Assembly (NCBI RefSeq): GCF_004010195.1
Contig: NC_057718.1
Span: 37,685,592 to 37,749,591 of the forward strand
Direction: 5' to 3'
Length of the DNA stretch: 64,000 nucleotides
Source: Chiloscyllium plagiosum
Taxonomy: Eukaryota
Shown one piece after another: positions 52,490-63,934 of this stretch. Each line of letters begins with the position of its first letter. Positions within the stretch are counted from its first letter, which is position 1. The translations under genes were made by a program, and so were the position numbers. The notes under the pieces are model-generated. The model was not told the DNA's origin, made no database searches, and saw nothing but the letters and a program-made list of their open reading frames with translations.

Positions 52490-53270
52490 TTAATTCTTCA
52501 TTCATGAACTGTGGGCATCATTGGCTGGGTCAGCATTTATTACCCGGGTTAGCATTTATTACCCATCCCTAGTTGCCCTTGAGAAGGTGGTGGTGACCTG
52601 TCTTCTTGAATTGCTGCAGTCCATTTGCTGGGACAGGACATATCGTAATGCTGATGGTTTCTGGGACATTGATTGTCAGGTATGGTTCCGTGTGTATGGC
52701 TACATCAAGCTGTTGCTTGACTAGTCTCTGAGACAGTCATAAGCCCTTCCTGAAGAAGGGCTTATGCCCGAAACGTCATAAGCCCTTCCTGAAGAAGGGC
52801 TTATGCCCGAAACATCGATTCTCCTGTTCCCTGGATGCTGCCTGACCTGCTGCGCTTTTCCAGCAACACATTTTCAGCTCTGATCTCCAGCATCTGCAGA
52901 CCCCACTGTCTCCTCTGAGACAGTTCTGCCAATTTCAGCATTAGCCCCCCATATATTAGTAAGGAGGACTTTGTCATTGTTGGTTCTGAATCTTTAGTCA
53001 GTGCTAGAGGTCCACGCTGGTTTAATGGTTGATAGGCCATTTCAGAGTCAGTTAAGGGTTACATGAGGCAGGGACTACAGTTTCCTTGTCCAAAGAACAT
53101 GAATGAATCACATGGGCTCTTACAACAATTACCAACGGTTTCATGGTCATCACTAAACTAGTAATTTTAGATTTTTACAGAACTCAATTTCCACCATGAT
53201 TTGAACACAGGTCCTTTGAGGTATCTCTGGGTAATTAATCCAGCAACAATACTAATAGGTCATCACCTCT
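52490..53270 (-). mobile_element. Degenerate L2-tail SINE/LINE fragments hosting a PLE insertion
   Basis: Reverse similarity to the 39900-40010 tail and to the 60795 SINE body. Confidence 0.55.
52738..52912 (+). mobile_element. Family A pLTR with tandemly duplicated hammerhead core (39-bp period); 12-bp TSD
   Basis: Cores at 52750-52777 and 52789-52816. TSD ctctgagacagt at 52726-52737 and 52913-52924. Confidence 0.92.
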
Positions 53271-56200
53271 CTTCTACTAACCCAAAAGAAAATATAAGAT
53301 AAATGGTAAAATATAACATAAATATAAAAGAAAATGTAACATAAAAGAGTAGCATTGAACAAACACACACAAATAGGTCATATATTTACAATGAAGGAGG
53401 GAGGGCATCTGTATCACTATAAAGACAAAGGCAATTGCAGTTTAATGTTGTTGGAGTTCTTGAGTTATGACAAAATATTTTGAGTACCAAGTGTTTAGCT
53501 GTTATCCAATATCCTCAGGACTGAAAAAGTTTGCAGCCACCCTTGATTTCTCAGGGAACTATGGTTTATGCAAGTTGTTTTTTTAGACCAGGGCTGGTTT
53601 CAGAGACATTTAGAGCAGGAAGGAGAGGAGAACTTTTAGTGTTTGCTGTTATCAGTCCATGTGGCTTTGTCTTTCCATTACTGAAAGACTCCTGTCGAAA
53701 AGCTGTGCCCTTGTAGCTTTAGGCTGTGTTACACTCCAATCTGGAAAGTTGTAGACAACATTTCATCACTCAATATGCAAATTTGCCAAGCAAACATCAG
53801 CAAAATAAGAGGTAGAAATCTTTTGGCACCTCACTTCATTTCAGTGCCTGTTGAGTAAAATAATAATCTGATGGATCTAATTGCATATATTCCATATGTG
53901 TTGCCTGGACTTGACAATTATAGCAACCAGTTGTGTCCTTTCTAAAATCATTTTAAGTCTCTAAAGTCTGAGGTACTAAGTCAAACAATAAACATTGAAT
54001 ATTGATAATCCATTATACCTGAGGAAGTTCAGTGCTCTCAATTAAAGGCTTCATAGTGAACAGACGTACAGCACTGTAATAAAACTTCTCTGGCCCATAT
54101 TCATTTTGAACATAACTACCTGTGAGGAACTCTTAATTTACTCATATTCTCTTCAAACTTTCATCCAACCAATACTAATTTGTAAGTTAAGTTGTGTTTG
54201 AAACAATAGGACTTCACTGAAATGATAAAGTAAGTATTTATCAACATTAGGTTTATGAAATGAAGGTGCCTGCTGAAGTGACCTACTTATATAATCTAAG
54301 CAATATTAAAAAGGACAGCAAATGGATAGGCATGTTATGCTGCATTTTGGAGGACGGTTTGCCAATTTAGTTTAATATGAAGAGTTCCCAATCTTGTCAG
54401 CATGGTAGTGAACAGATGCCAGCTAGATGCTGCATGCATCCCTTGTGAGGAGTGAGGAGAGGGTGATGGTGGAGTAACATCACAAAGCGAGCCACTCTGG
54501 ATTGGAGTTGGGTACATCCCAACAACTGAGTACTCCAAGCATTGGCAGAGTTCTGCTTACTTTGACTAACAATAGAGTATGGGAAATGTAGAATACAAGA
54601 AGAAAATAATGCAATAAAGGAAAAAAGTTATAGAGATACTTTTGAAGTGTTTCAATACTGTGAAGTTCACCAAGTAAATTATAAGTCTATCTACTCTTTA
54701 TTGTATACTTAGACCAAATCCTACCCACTAATCAGGGTATGGTAACCAGCAGTTGTGCCCGTAAAACTACGTTTTATTTGTATATAAAAAGGCTTTTGGA
54801 TCCAGTTTTGTTTATACTCTGTGGTCTGGTTCTTGTGGTGACTGCCTTCCTGTACTTTGTAAATTAAATACTAACAGATGTGTTTTGTGAGCATGTGGCA
54901 CAAAATAAAATAAACCTGAGGATTTCATACTGTTCCACTAAAATACGTTTGTTTTTCTATCTACTAAGCAATCACACGTGGAGTTTCAAGATTCCCTGGG
55001 CAACAATTGCCCTCTGCGAAAGCTGTGATTACGGTTGAAATCAAAGCGAAGAAGGTCCAATCCAAATAAAACAGGTCAGCATTTGTATCGTGATCAATGA
55101 AGCATGCTCAACCTGTCAAGCAAATTGAGCAAATTATATTTTCCCTTCACAAATCTTTCAAACATGCAGCTGAACAAGGGCAGCTTATTTGTAAGTATAC
55201 AATAAATTTAGACGAAGGAAAAATGCCTGAATCTCTCCAGTGCAACAGAAAGGTAAAGAACAGGAAAGTATTTTTTTCATGTAATTACTTTTCAAGTGAA
55301 AAAAATCATTGGCATCAAAAATCTGAAAGCATTTCCAGTATTGGATACATTAAAGAAATACTTTTAGTCTGAACTTAATCCTACATTATTGTGGTACTAT
55401 TTTTATTGTAATCCACCTCTGTTACAGAGAAAGTTTTCCGAGAAAAAGGTTTCTGCTTATATCAAGGTTTGCGCCAATTTCGAGTACTGTTTCTGGCTGC
55501 CTAATTATTTGGAAAATATTATTATTGATAGGGAATTGGATGAGCTACAGTCTAAACACTCAGTCTTAGGAATTGAAGTCATGAGAAAGTAACATTTATT
55601 CTCCTTAGAAAATAAGAGATTTTAAGGTGATTTATCTGCAGTTTTTTAAAGAAAGAATTTGCAAAGAACATACATTTCGATACATAAAGAAACGCAGCAT
55701 TTAAAAATAGCAAGCGACATTAAGAAATTTGAAGAAAACTGAGATAAATAATTTTGTATAAAAATTAGATTTAAGGATAATCAGAGGACAATAGAAGTCA
55801 ATATTCATGCAAAACTCAATCTCATTATTTTTGGCTTAGAAAGTTGTGAGTTTTCATGTATCATGTAAAATTTCAGAACCAAAAAATGTAATCCTAGAAG
55901 TGTTAATGATTCAATTTAATTGTAAACATGTCAGTACTAATCAAAACAAGTGTGGATAAACAAATCCTTAAAACTGGCACATATTTACTGGGGATATGTT
56001 CTATTTTTATTCAAATAATTAAAGCAATAAGATTATGAATAGCTAAATACATTATGATTATTAATTACTGCTGTTCATTTTTAATTACTATGTATTTCTA
56101 TGGTCTTTTCCGGATTTCACTTGAGCCCAAATCAAGCAGGTCATCCTTTTAAAAACATAACACATGTAAAAGGTTAATTCATGACTTTTGGTCCAAAAGA

Positions 56201-56479
56201 TTGGTCTAAAAAAAGTGACTTCTACAGGACTATATATTGTAGCATTTATGTGTCAAAGAAGCAGTCATTGGTCTTTGTGGAGAGAATATCTTTCACTGGA
56301 AATGATGGAAAGAAAGAGCTAGGTCAACCAAAAAAAGTGTCTGAATCACTTTCATTACTTCAGATATTGCTTGCTCTTCAAAATGTATTCCATCATGTAC
56401 TCCAGCACTTTAGCTTGTTCTTAGACAATGATAAGATCCCATAGCAATGCATGTTCTTTCTTTTGTTCCCATTCCCAAA

Positions 56480-56670
56480 GGGGGGTCAATTGGCTTTAAT
56501 GACTGGTTTGCGATGCAGAGATATAACAACTGTACGGGTTCAACTCCCATGCTGCCTGAGGTTTCCTTGAAGGACTCTTCTTCTCAACCTCTTCGCTCAC
56601 GTGGTGACCCTCAGATTAAACCAATGCTAGTCTAATGATAGAGCAGCCATATAGGACTATGATGACTTAA
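56480..56670 (+). mobile_element. Short tRNA-derived SINE (family of 11980-12158)
   Basis: B-box-like ggttcaactccc; shares body and tail with 11980-12158. Confidence 0.55.
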
Positions 56671-57878
56671 CCATGACCAGCTCAGATTCATTATCAAATA
56701 ACATGCTGGCCCACCTTTATTCATTGAATTGCTTTGATGATATGGTTTAAATTACAATTTCTGTTTCATACCTGATCGTGAACCTTGTTTCTAATGTCAA
56801 TAGCTGGTTTACAGAATGGTGACAAATATCTCCTAAAGTCTAGAAATTACCAAAAAGCCACAAAACATATTCATCCATTAGAACTAATGTGAAGATAGAA
56901 CAAATATTAAATATTTAATTGTTTGAGGAGTTTAAATTTCCTTATGTTTGGTGCTTTATTCCCTTCCCTTGTGTGGTGTAGATAATAGTGACAGAATTAG
57001 GAAAATATGGCAAGCGTGAAAAATATCGGAATCCTAACATAGAGATAAAATTTTGCATTTTTAAAACTCACTTTGTGTCAGAGCCTGCCAGCCTCTGAGG
57101 TTCACATTGAGTTTTAGTGCACAAGGTCTTTAACACTGTTGGCCTCTGTCACTTAGATGGCTTCTTAGTGCAGAATGAGTGGCAGGCAGCTTGTCACACT
57201 GAAATAAACTGAATAGTCAAAAGGGTAAACATGTCATTGTGCTGCACCGTACTATGTCAACAGCAGACCTGCCTGCAGCTTTCACGATCAGCACATTGCA
57301 TATGCTTCAAGTGAACAATTATACCTGAAAGACAAAAGGACCCAGACTTCAGTAGGGGAAAGGGGACTACAGTCGGTCAGGGAGTTACAACCAGTCAAGA
57401 AGCTCATGTCAGAAGGTTAGTCAGGCACTTGGCCTTCCAAGAGTCTTGGAATCCATGTCCTTGCAATCAGGGAATGTGGTCGCTCGTCCTGCAGTTCATC
57501 TGTAAAGAGTCTGGAGGTTGCAGCTGTGTCTATGGGCATGCAGTAGAGACTCATGGTGTTATGGACTAGGCCAGACCACTCAAAACATTCTTGAGCAGGC
57601 AACGCAGACCATAACTTTGCGATTTGTTTTGGTAAGCATACAGTGAGAATTACCCGGAGTAAGTTAGCTAGGTTGACTACTAGGTTTTAAATAGAAAGAA
57701 ATTTATTCACAAAATTACACAATGAAGCACAAAGACCAGAATAAAGTACCCCTACAGAACTCAATCTAACCAAGCTAGTGTTAATTATGCTGTTCTGAGT
57801 GTACACAACAGTCCCAATAAGCAAACTCCCTTAAAAAATAGTTTGAAAATGGAACAGATGCTTACAGTTTGAAGTTAG

Positions 57879-58018
57879 GAGAGCGCGAGAGAGAGCGAGA
57901 GAGAGAGCGCAAGAGAGAGAGAGAGAGAGAGCGCGAGAGAGAGCGCGAGAGAGAGCGCGAGAGAGAGAGAGCAAAAGAGAGAGAGAGCAAAAGAGAGAGA
58001 GAGCAAAAGAGAGAGAGC
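57879..58018. repeat. Compound (GA)n microsatellite with GCGC and GCAAAA interruptions, expanded in one LTR
   Basis: About 140 bp here versus about 20 bp at 59256-59275 in the other LTR. Confidence 0.9.
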
Positions 58019-58133
58019 TGAACTCCTAACTAATTTTGGACTGAACTGCTCAGCGAGAGAGAGATGACCACTCCCCTTTCATGATTTACACATGAAAGAA
58101 GTGAAACTAACATGGTATTTGAACAGATGAAAG

Positions 58134-58318
58134 ACTCAACAATCAAGGTATTTTTCAATGTACAATTTCAGTTACATCACACTGTAAATTTTTGCTATAA
58201 ATTCTGTGCCTTAGAATTGTGTCCTCCACAATCACCTGAGGAAAGAATGGCACTCCGAAAGCTAGTGTGCTTCCAATTAAACCTGTTGGACTATAACCTG
58301 GTGTCATGTGATTTTTAA
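58134..58318 (+). mobile_element. Family B pLTR (hammerhead-like core 58236-58264) at the Gypsy deletion junction
   Basis: Matches 37295-37450; cacCTGAGGAAAGAATGGCACTCCGAAAGCTAgtg. Confidence 0.82.
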
Positions 58319-58321
58319 CCA

Positions 58322-58827
58322 TATGCATTAAAAATGGCTTTTTTCACCCCTTCATACTCCCCAGATACCTCCTCTGATAGGGATGCGAATACCTCATTAG
58401 CCTTATCATCAAGTTTTGTTTGGATCAACAAAACCCACATTGCCAATGGCCACTGCATTTGTTTAGCCACTTTTTCAAATGAGATGAAAAAAAGCTTCTA
58501 CATCTTTCTCAAATTTAGGCAAAGCTTGAAGATACTTAAACAGTTTCTGACTAGGCTTCTGACTTGCAGGGGTTGCTCATCCTCACTCTCTTCCTCATTA
58601 AGCCAACCCTCAGCCTTTATCTCTGGCTTTTTCAGCTGACTTTCCTTTTTAAATATCAGTTTTTGAAGTTCAAAAGCTCTCTTTTTACCTTTATCTTCTG
58701 CGGCTCTCCTTTTCTCTCTGTTCTGCTGCGCTCTCTTTTTCCAGCTTGTCTGTTAAGCCTGCAGCTTTTACAAAACTTCCAGAATCACTGCACCCACTTC
58801 TGAAAATTTGGAAACTGAAAGAGCCAT
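58322..58827 (-). pseudogene. gag remnant (SCAN-related, Gmr1-like Gypsy)
   Basis: Reads FKYLQALPKFEKDVEAFFISFEKVAKQMQWPLAMWVLLIQTKLDDKANEVFASLSEEVSGEYEGVKKAIFNAY, with upstream stops and frameshifts. Confidence 0.8.
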
Positions 58828-58905
58828 TACTATCCCAAGCTTTGTCCACCCAACCAAATCAATACCTGAAATAAAGACACTAGCACCTACCACTCGCTGT
58901 TTAAA

Positions 58906-58924
58906 ATCCCACAAAGAGCCCCCA
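58906..58924 (-). promoter_or_regulatory. Primer-binding site, tRNA-Pro-like
   Basis: TGGGGGCTCTTTGTGGGAT begins 3 nt after the 5' LTR; resembles the tRNA-Pro PBS TGGGGGCTCGTCCGGGAT. Confidence 0.65.
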
Positions 58925-59333
58925 ATCTGTTATGGACTAGGCCAGACCACTCAAAACATTCTTGAGCAGGCAACACAGACAATACCTTTGCAATTTGTTT
59001 CGGTAAGTGTACAGTGAGAATTACCTGGAATAAGTTAGCTAGTTTGACGACTAGGTTTTAAACAGAAAGAAATGTATTCACAAAATTACACAATGAAACA
59101 CAAAGAACAGAATAAAGAAACCCTACAGAACTCAGTCTGTCAAAACTAGATTTAATTATGCTATTCTGAATATACACAACAGTCCCAATAAGCAAACCCC
59201 CTTAAAAAGCAATTTAAAAATGGAACCAATGCTTACAGGTTGACGTTAGAAGGGCAGAGAGAGGGAGAGAGAGAGTCTGTTTCCGCACAGCTGAATTTGT
59301 AACTGGTTCTGGACTGAACTGCTCAGCTAGAGA

Positions 59334-59536
59334 CAAGAGTGTAGTGCTGGAAAAGCACAGCAGATCAGGCAGCATCCAAGGTGCAGGAGAATCAATGTTT
59401 CAGGCATAAGCCTTTCATCAGGCTTATACCCGAAATGTTGATTCTCCTGCTCCTCGGACGCTGCCTGACCTGCTGTGCTTTTCCAGCACCACACTCTTGA
59501 CTCTGATCTCCAGCATCTGCAGTCCTCACTTTCTCC
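59334..59536 (+). mobile_element. Family A-variant inverted pLTR mini-element inside the 5' LTR; 15-bp TSD
   Basis: TSD ctgctcagctagaga at 59319-59333 and 59537-59551. Absent from the other LTR (~58047-58062). Confidence 0.92.
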
Positions 59537-60007
59537 CTGCTCAGCTAGAGAGCTGACCAGTCCCATTTCATTATACAGGTCACTTCTAAAACATGACCAC
59601 TTTGGCTTGAAATCGCATCTGTTTGCATATAAACAAAAAGCCCTCTCAATATCCTTTAATCTCTGTCCCAAACCAGTCTAACCATAAACCAGGAGAGTTT
59701 TATGATCCCTCTGAAAAAAACCAAGGACACTGTATCCTTGAAAAAAGGAACAGCTTTTAGGAAAAAGGAACAGCTTTGTGACAATGGGGAGTAGATGCAG
59801 CAGTTTTCCTGCAACAAGACAAACGGAAATGAAACGGCTGAATGGATTAGTAGTTTGTGGATAAGGGAGGCGAGAGCTATTGAGAGGACATAATGAATGT
59901 AATATCGAGAGTTGTCTTCTATCAGCGTTGGTGACATGTGTGTGCAATGGCAGAATTTAAATGAGTGGTGGTCCTGTGAGTGTGAGGCTGCAGAGAGAAG
60001 ATGGAGG

Positions 60008-60460
60008 CCCTTGCAGAGCAAACTAGGTCATTGCAGGACACCTGCATTGTTGGGATTCCCTTGAACTCTGGACACAGCCCTGATTTGGGTCCAGGTTGAC
60101 TATGCTGAAAATGTGTTGCTGGAAAAGCGCAGCAGGTCAGGCAGCATCCAAGGAACAGGAGAATCGACGTTTCGGGCATAAGCCCTTCTTCAGGAATCAT
60201 TCCTGAAAAAGGGCTTATGCCCGAAACGTCGATTCTCCTGTTCCTTGGATGCTGCCTGACCTGCTGCGCTTTTCCAGCAACACATTTTCAGCTCTGATCT
60301 CCAGCATCTGCAGTCCTCACTTTCTCCTCCAGGTTGACTATGTCTGTTGGAATGCCATCCTACAAATGATTAGTAGGCCAAAGGGTGGCTCTCCTCTCCA
60401 CCATTGCATTCACCAGGGTCTCCAGGTCCCTGTCTGGGAAGCTTTCCTTTCTGGACCCAA
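60008..60460 (-). pseudogene. Decayed Harbinger-type Myb/SANT exon, interrupted by a PLE mini-element
   Basis: After removing the insert, the minus strand gives FPDRDLETLVNAMVERRATLWP...WTQIRAVS...QQCR..NDLVCSAR across frameshifts. Confidence 0.55.
60105..60327 (+). mobile_element. Family A inverted pLTR mini-element with 15-bp TSD
   Basis: TSD tccaggttgactatg at 60090-60104 and 60328-60342. Hammerhead cores at 60166-60193 (-, intact) and 60203-60230 (+, CTGAAAA mutant). Confidence 0.95.
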
Positions 60461-60794
60461 CCCTCAGTGATACTAGTTGAGTCCTGCAGCGTGAGGGGCA
60501 GTCTCTGGTTTGCAGCATCTGATCTGGTGGGCAATTGAGCTATAAATATGACACCAGTGGCATAAATGTTGCAAGGTCATGGCAGTGATCAGATGTTTCT
60601 GCCTCGTGGGCTGTGTGATTACACAAGAAATGCACTGAAGAACCCAGTGAAGAATACAAGATTATGAGAGAAAAATCGCTGGAAGCCAAGCCGGACCAGA
60701 CTCTACAAATCTCATTCAGCAAAGCACAACTGAAAGTGAGAAAATTCAGCCCGTTGTCTTCTCAAAATTATATCTGCCCATCAAGGTACATTTA

Positions 60795-61130
60795 GGGGAG
60801 GCGATGGCCTCGTGGTATTATCACTAGCCTATTAATCCAGAACTCAGCTAATGCTCTGGGGTCAAGGGTTCAAACCCAGCTATGGCAGATGGTGGAATTT
60901 GAATTCAATGAAAAAGAACTGTAATTAAGAGTCCAATGATGACCATGAATTAATTATTGGGAAAAACCCATCTAGTTCACGAATGTCCTTCAGGGAAGTA
61001 AATTGCCATCCTTATGTGGTCCAGCCTCAAGTGAGTCCAGTAGACTCTACTGCTCTTTGGGCAATTAGGAACGGGCAATAATTGTTGTCCTTGCCAACTA
61101 TGCCCAGATCTTGTGAATTAACTTTTAAAA
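60795..61130 (+). mobile_element. tRNA-related SINE with L2-like tail
   Basis: A-box-like tggcctcgtgg, B-box-like ggttcaaaccc; tail gggcaattaggaacgggcaataa. Confidence 0.7.
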
Positions 61131-61259
61131 ATCCATAAGGAATCATACTTTGACAAAGTAATCTGAAGTAGAGAGCAATTATGAGACCAAACTGGCAAAG
61201 ATTCAAGGATTTGCAGATTTTTAAACTAAAGTTTTGATGAATATATGCTCAGTTTCTTT

Positions 61260-61535
61260 AGAACATAGAAGAATACAGCGCAGTACAGGCCCTTTAGCCC
61301 TTGATGTTGCACCGATCCAAGCCCACCTAACCTGCACTATCCTCCATATGCCTATCCAATGCCCGCTTAAATGCCCATAAAGAGGGAGAGTCCACCACTG
61401 CTACTGGCAGGGCATTCCATGAACTCACCACTCGCTGAGTAAAGAACCTACCCCTAACATCTGTCCTATACCAACTCCCCCTTAATTTAAAGCTATGCCC
61501 CCTCGTAATAGCTGACTCCATACGTGGAAAAAGAT
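61260..61535 (-). mobile_element. CR1 3' fragment
   Basis: ORF 61327..61584 reads TRGHSFKLRGSWYRTDVRGRFFTQRVVSSWNALP. Confidence 0.88.
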
Positions 61536-61564
61536 CATCTGAAGCTTCCCTCACACCCACCTCA

Positions 61565-61685
61565 GTCCTGAACATTATACCCAAAAAGTTGACTTCTCCA
61601 TCTCCTGATGCTGCCTGACATGCTGTGGTCTTGCAGCCTCCTGCTTGTCTACCTTGGATTCCAGCATCAGCAGTTTTTTGACTTT
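61565..61685 (+). mobile_element. PLE-like pLTR, third variant (reverse copy at ~46403-46480)
   Basis: ttatacccaaaaagttgacttctccatctcctgatgctgcctg...ccagcatcagcag is related to the family A pLTR. Confidence 0.6.
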
Positions 61686-62124
61686 AATTCTTTAGATGGC
61701 AAGACTGTTCTATGAAGTGAGATTGGGCAAACTGGACCGTATTCTCTATTGTTTCAAAGAATGAAATATGATCTCAGAAACTTACAAAATATTTCAAGGG
61801 GTAAATATCACAGATACAGGCTCCTGATTGGGAAGTCTAGAACTGGGGTACACAATTTAAAAATAATGTAATGGCTACTTTAGTTCTAAGTGCAATATTC
61901 CAAAACCAAAAAGAATTCCCTTCTCTATTCCACATCGGTTTTGACTTAGCTGCGGCTTCAATTTCCAGTTTTAAGACTTTGATAGCCTCATCTTCATTTG
62001 TCATATAACTGAGCTTTCAGCTTCATACAAACCTTTCCCAAGTTATGGGTGTTACTCCACGCTCCCACAAGAAATTTTAGAAGCTTCTATCTGAAAGCCT
62101 AAAGCATTATGCAGAAGGGATGCC

Positions 62125-62441
62125 CCAATGGTATTATTACTAGACTATTGATCCAGAGACCCATGTATTGCTCTGGGGAGCCACATTTGAATCCTGCCTG
62201 AGCAGATGGTGGAATCTGAATTCAAAAATCTTGAATCAATAGCATAATGATGATCATGAAATTACTGTTGTTTGTCAAATAAATCTGTCTGTCCACCAAT
62301 GTTCATTTGAGAAGAAAATTGCCACCTGTCTGGCCTATATGTGACTCCAGACTCAGAGCAATGTAATCGACTCTTAACTGCCATATAGGCATTATATGCT
62401 GGCCTAGTCAGCAATACCCAAATCTCGTGAATGAACAAAAA
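62125..62441 (+). mobile_element. tRNA-related SINE (family of 60795-61130)
   Basis: Colinear similarity with the 27357 and 60795 copies. Confidence 0.65.
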
Positions 62442-62934
62442 ACTACAGATTACCTTTCCCACTTGTAAATTTTCCTTACATAAACATAACCTCATTATTC
62501 TAGAGTCTTTCTCCAATTGTGTTTTAAAAGAAATCACCATAGCTTCAGAAATCCTTACAGATAAATCAGCAAAACACTTTAGATACACACATCAAATCCA
62601 CTTACCACTAGTTCAAATTCAAAATCTAAAACAAATTGTATCAAAATATGCATCAGATACAATACTTGCCATGATAGATAGCAACGTGCCAACTCCACAA
62701 GCACCAGGTAACAGTCGTCTCAAACAACAATCTAATCATCTTCCTCTCCTGCTAGCTTCATTTCTTCCTTATCCCAGCCCAGGACTGCCAGCATCGCTTG
62801 ACACCCTGTTCCCTCCAATTAGCTGGCTCTATCCAGCCTCAACTTCCTTGCCCCCAAACCTGCTCCGGCCTCACCAGCTTTGCTTCCTTCTCACTTTATT
62901 GGCCGAACTGGTAACATCCTCAAAATACATCCTA

Positions 62935-63260
62935 TGACATAGCAACCAGAACTGCACATAGTACTTCAATTGTGGCCTAACCAATGTTGTACAATTCCAT
63001 TGTGACCTGCTTGCTGTTGTATTCAATGCTTTGATTAACAAAGGCAAGTATCACAAATACATTCTTATCACCTTCTCCATCTCTCCCGCTGCCTATGAAC
63101 TGGACCACCAAGGTCCCGCCGATCCACTGTAATTCCGAGAGTTCTACATTTAATGTGTACTCCCTTGCCTTGTTGATCCTTGCAAAATATCACCTCACTT
63201 TTCAGGCTGAAGTTCCATGTGCCACGGTTCAGCCCATCTGACCAGCTCTTTTATATCACA
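62935..63260 (-). mobile_element. Old CR1 fragment
   Basis: Minus strand encodes LVRPQLKYYVQFWLL-like sequence. Confidence 0.65.
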
Positions 63261-63934
63261 GATAAGGCTTACCTTTTGGCTATGTATCAGATAGTTTTGT
63301 GAGATCTGCAAACCTTCCGATCATACCTCTGCCCCACTTCTTGGGTACAGAACATACCTCTAATGTTCCATTGTTGTTGAGTAGATGCCAATGTTGTAGC
63401 TATACTGGAAGAACTTGGATAGAAGCATGGCAGGTTTTGGAGCAAGTTTTCAGTATTATTGCTAGATGTTATTGAGGGTCTAAAACGTGAATACAGGCTG
63501 AGGTAACTAGTTGTCAGGAACAACCACTTAACAGATGCTCTTAATAACTTAAGCGATAATAAAATGGCTTCTCAATGCAAATAACATGAAAAAATGGCTT
63601 CTAGGCTGCAAATTGATAATTCTGCTAAAGCTGCATAAAATGGTTTTTAAGTTACTAACTGCTAATTCTGGTATAGTTGCATAAGTGACTAACCACGGTC
63701 TGCTTCAATAGAGATTAAGCGGACGATGTACCCTTTAAAGCATAGAAATAACTCAACTGGCGAACACATTACTGGCCATCCTAACTGATCTTCCGATGGA
63801 GGTGCAATGGCTTGGTTAGTGAGAGAAGGGTGGCCAGAGTGTTGGAAAAATAAAGTTAATTCCCAGAAAGATCATTGGACTGAGTAACTGTCAAATAAAG
63901 TAGTATTGTGTATTGATTGGTAATTGTTTGAACG

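Larger units (their letters stand above)
57557..59783 (-). mobile_element. Internally deleted Gypsy-type LTR retrotransposon: 5' LTR 58928-59783, partial 3' LTR 57557-~58085, 4-bp TSD ATGG
   Basis: Direct repeats begin tgttatggactaggccagacc at 57557 and 58928; TG...CA termini; atgg at 57553-57556 and 59784-59787. Confidence 0.9.
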
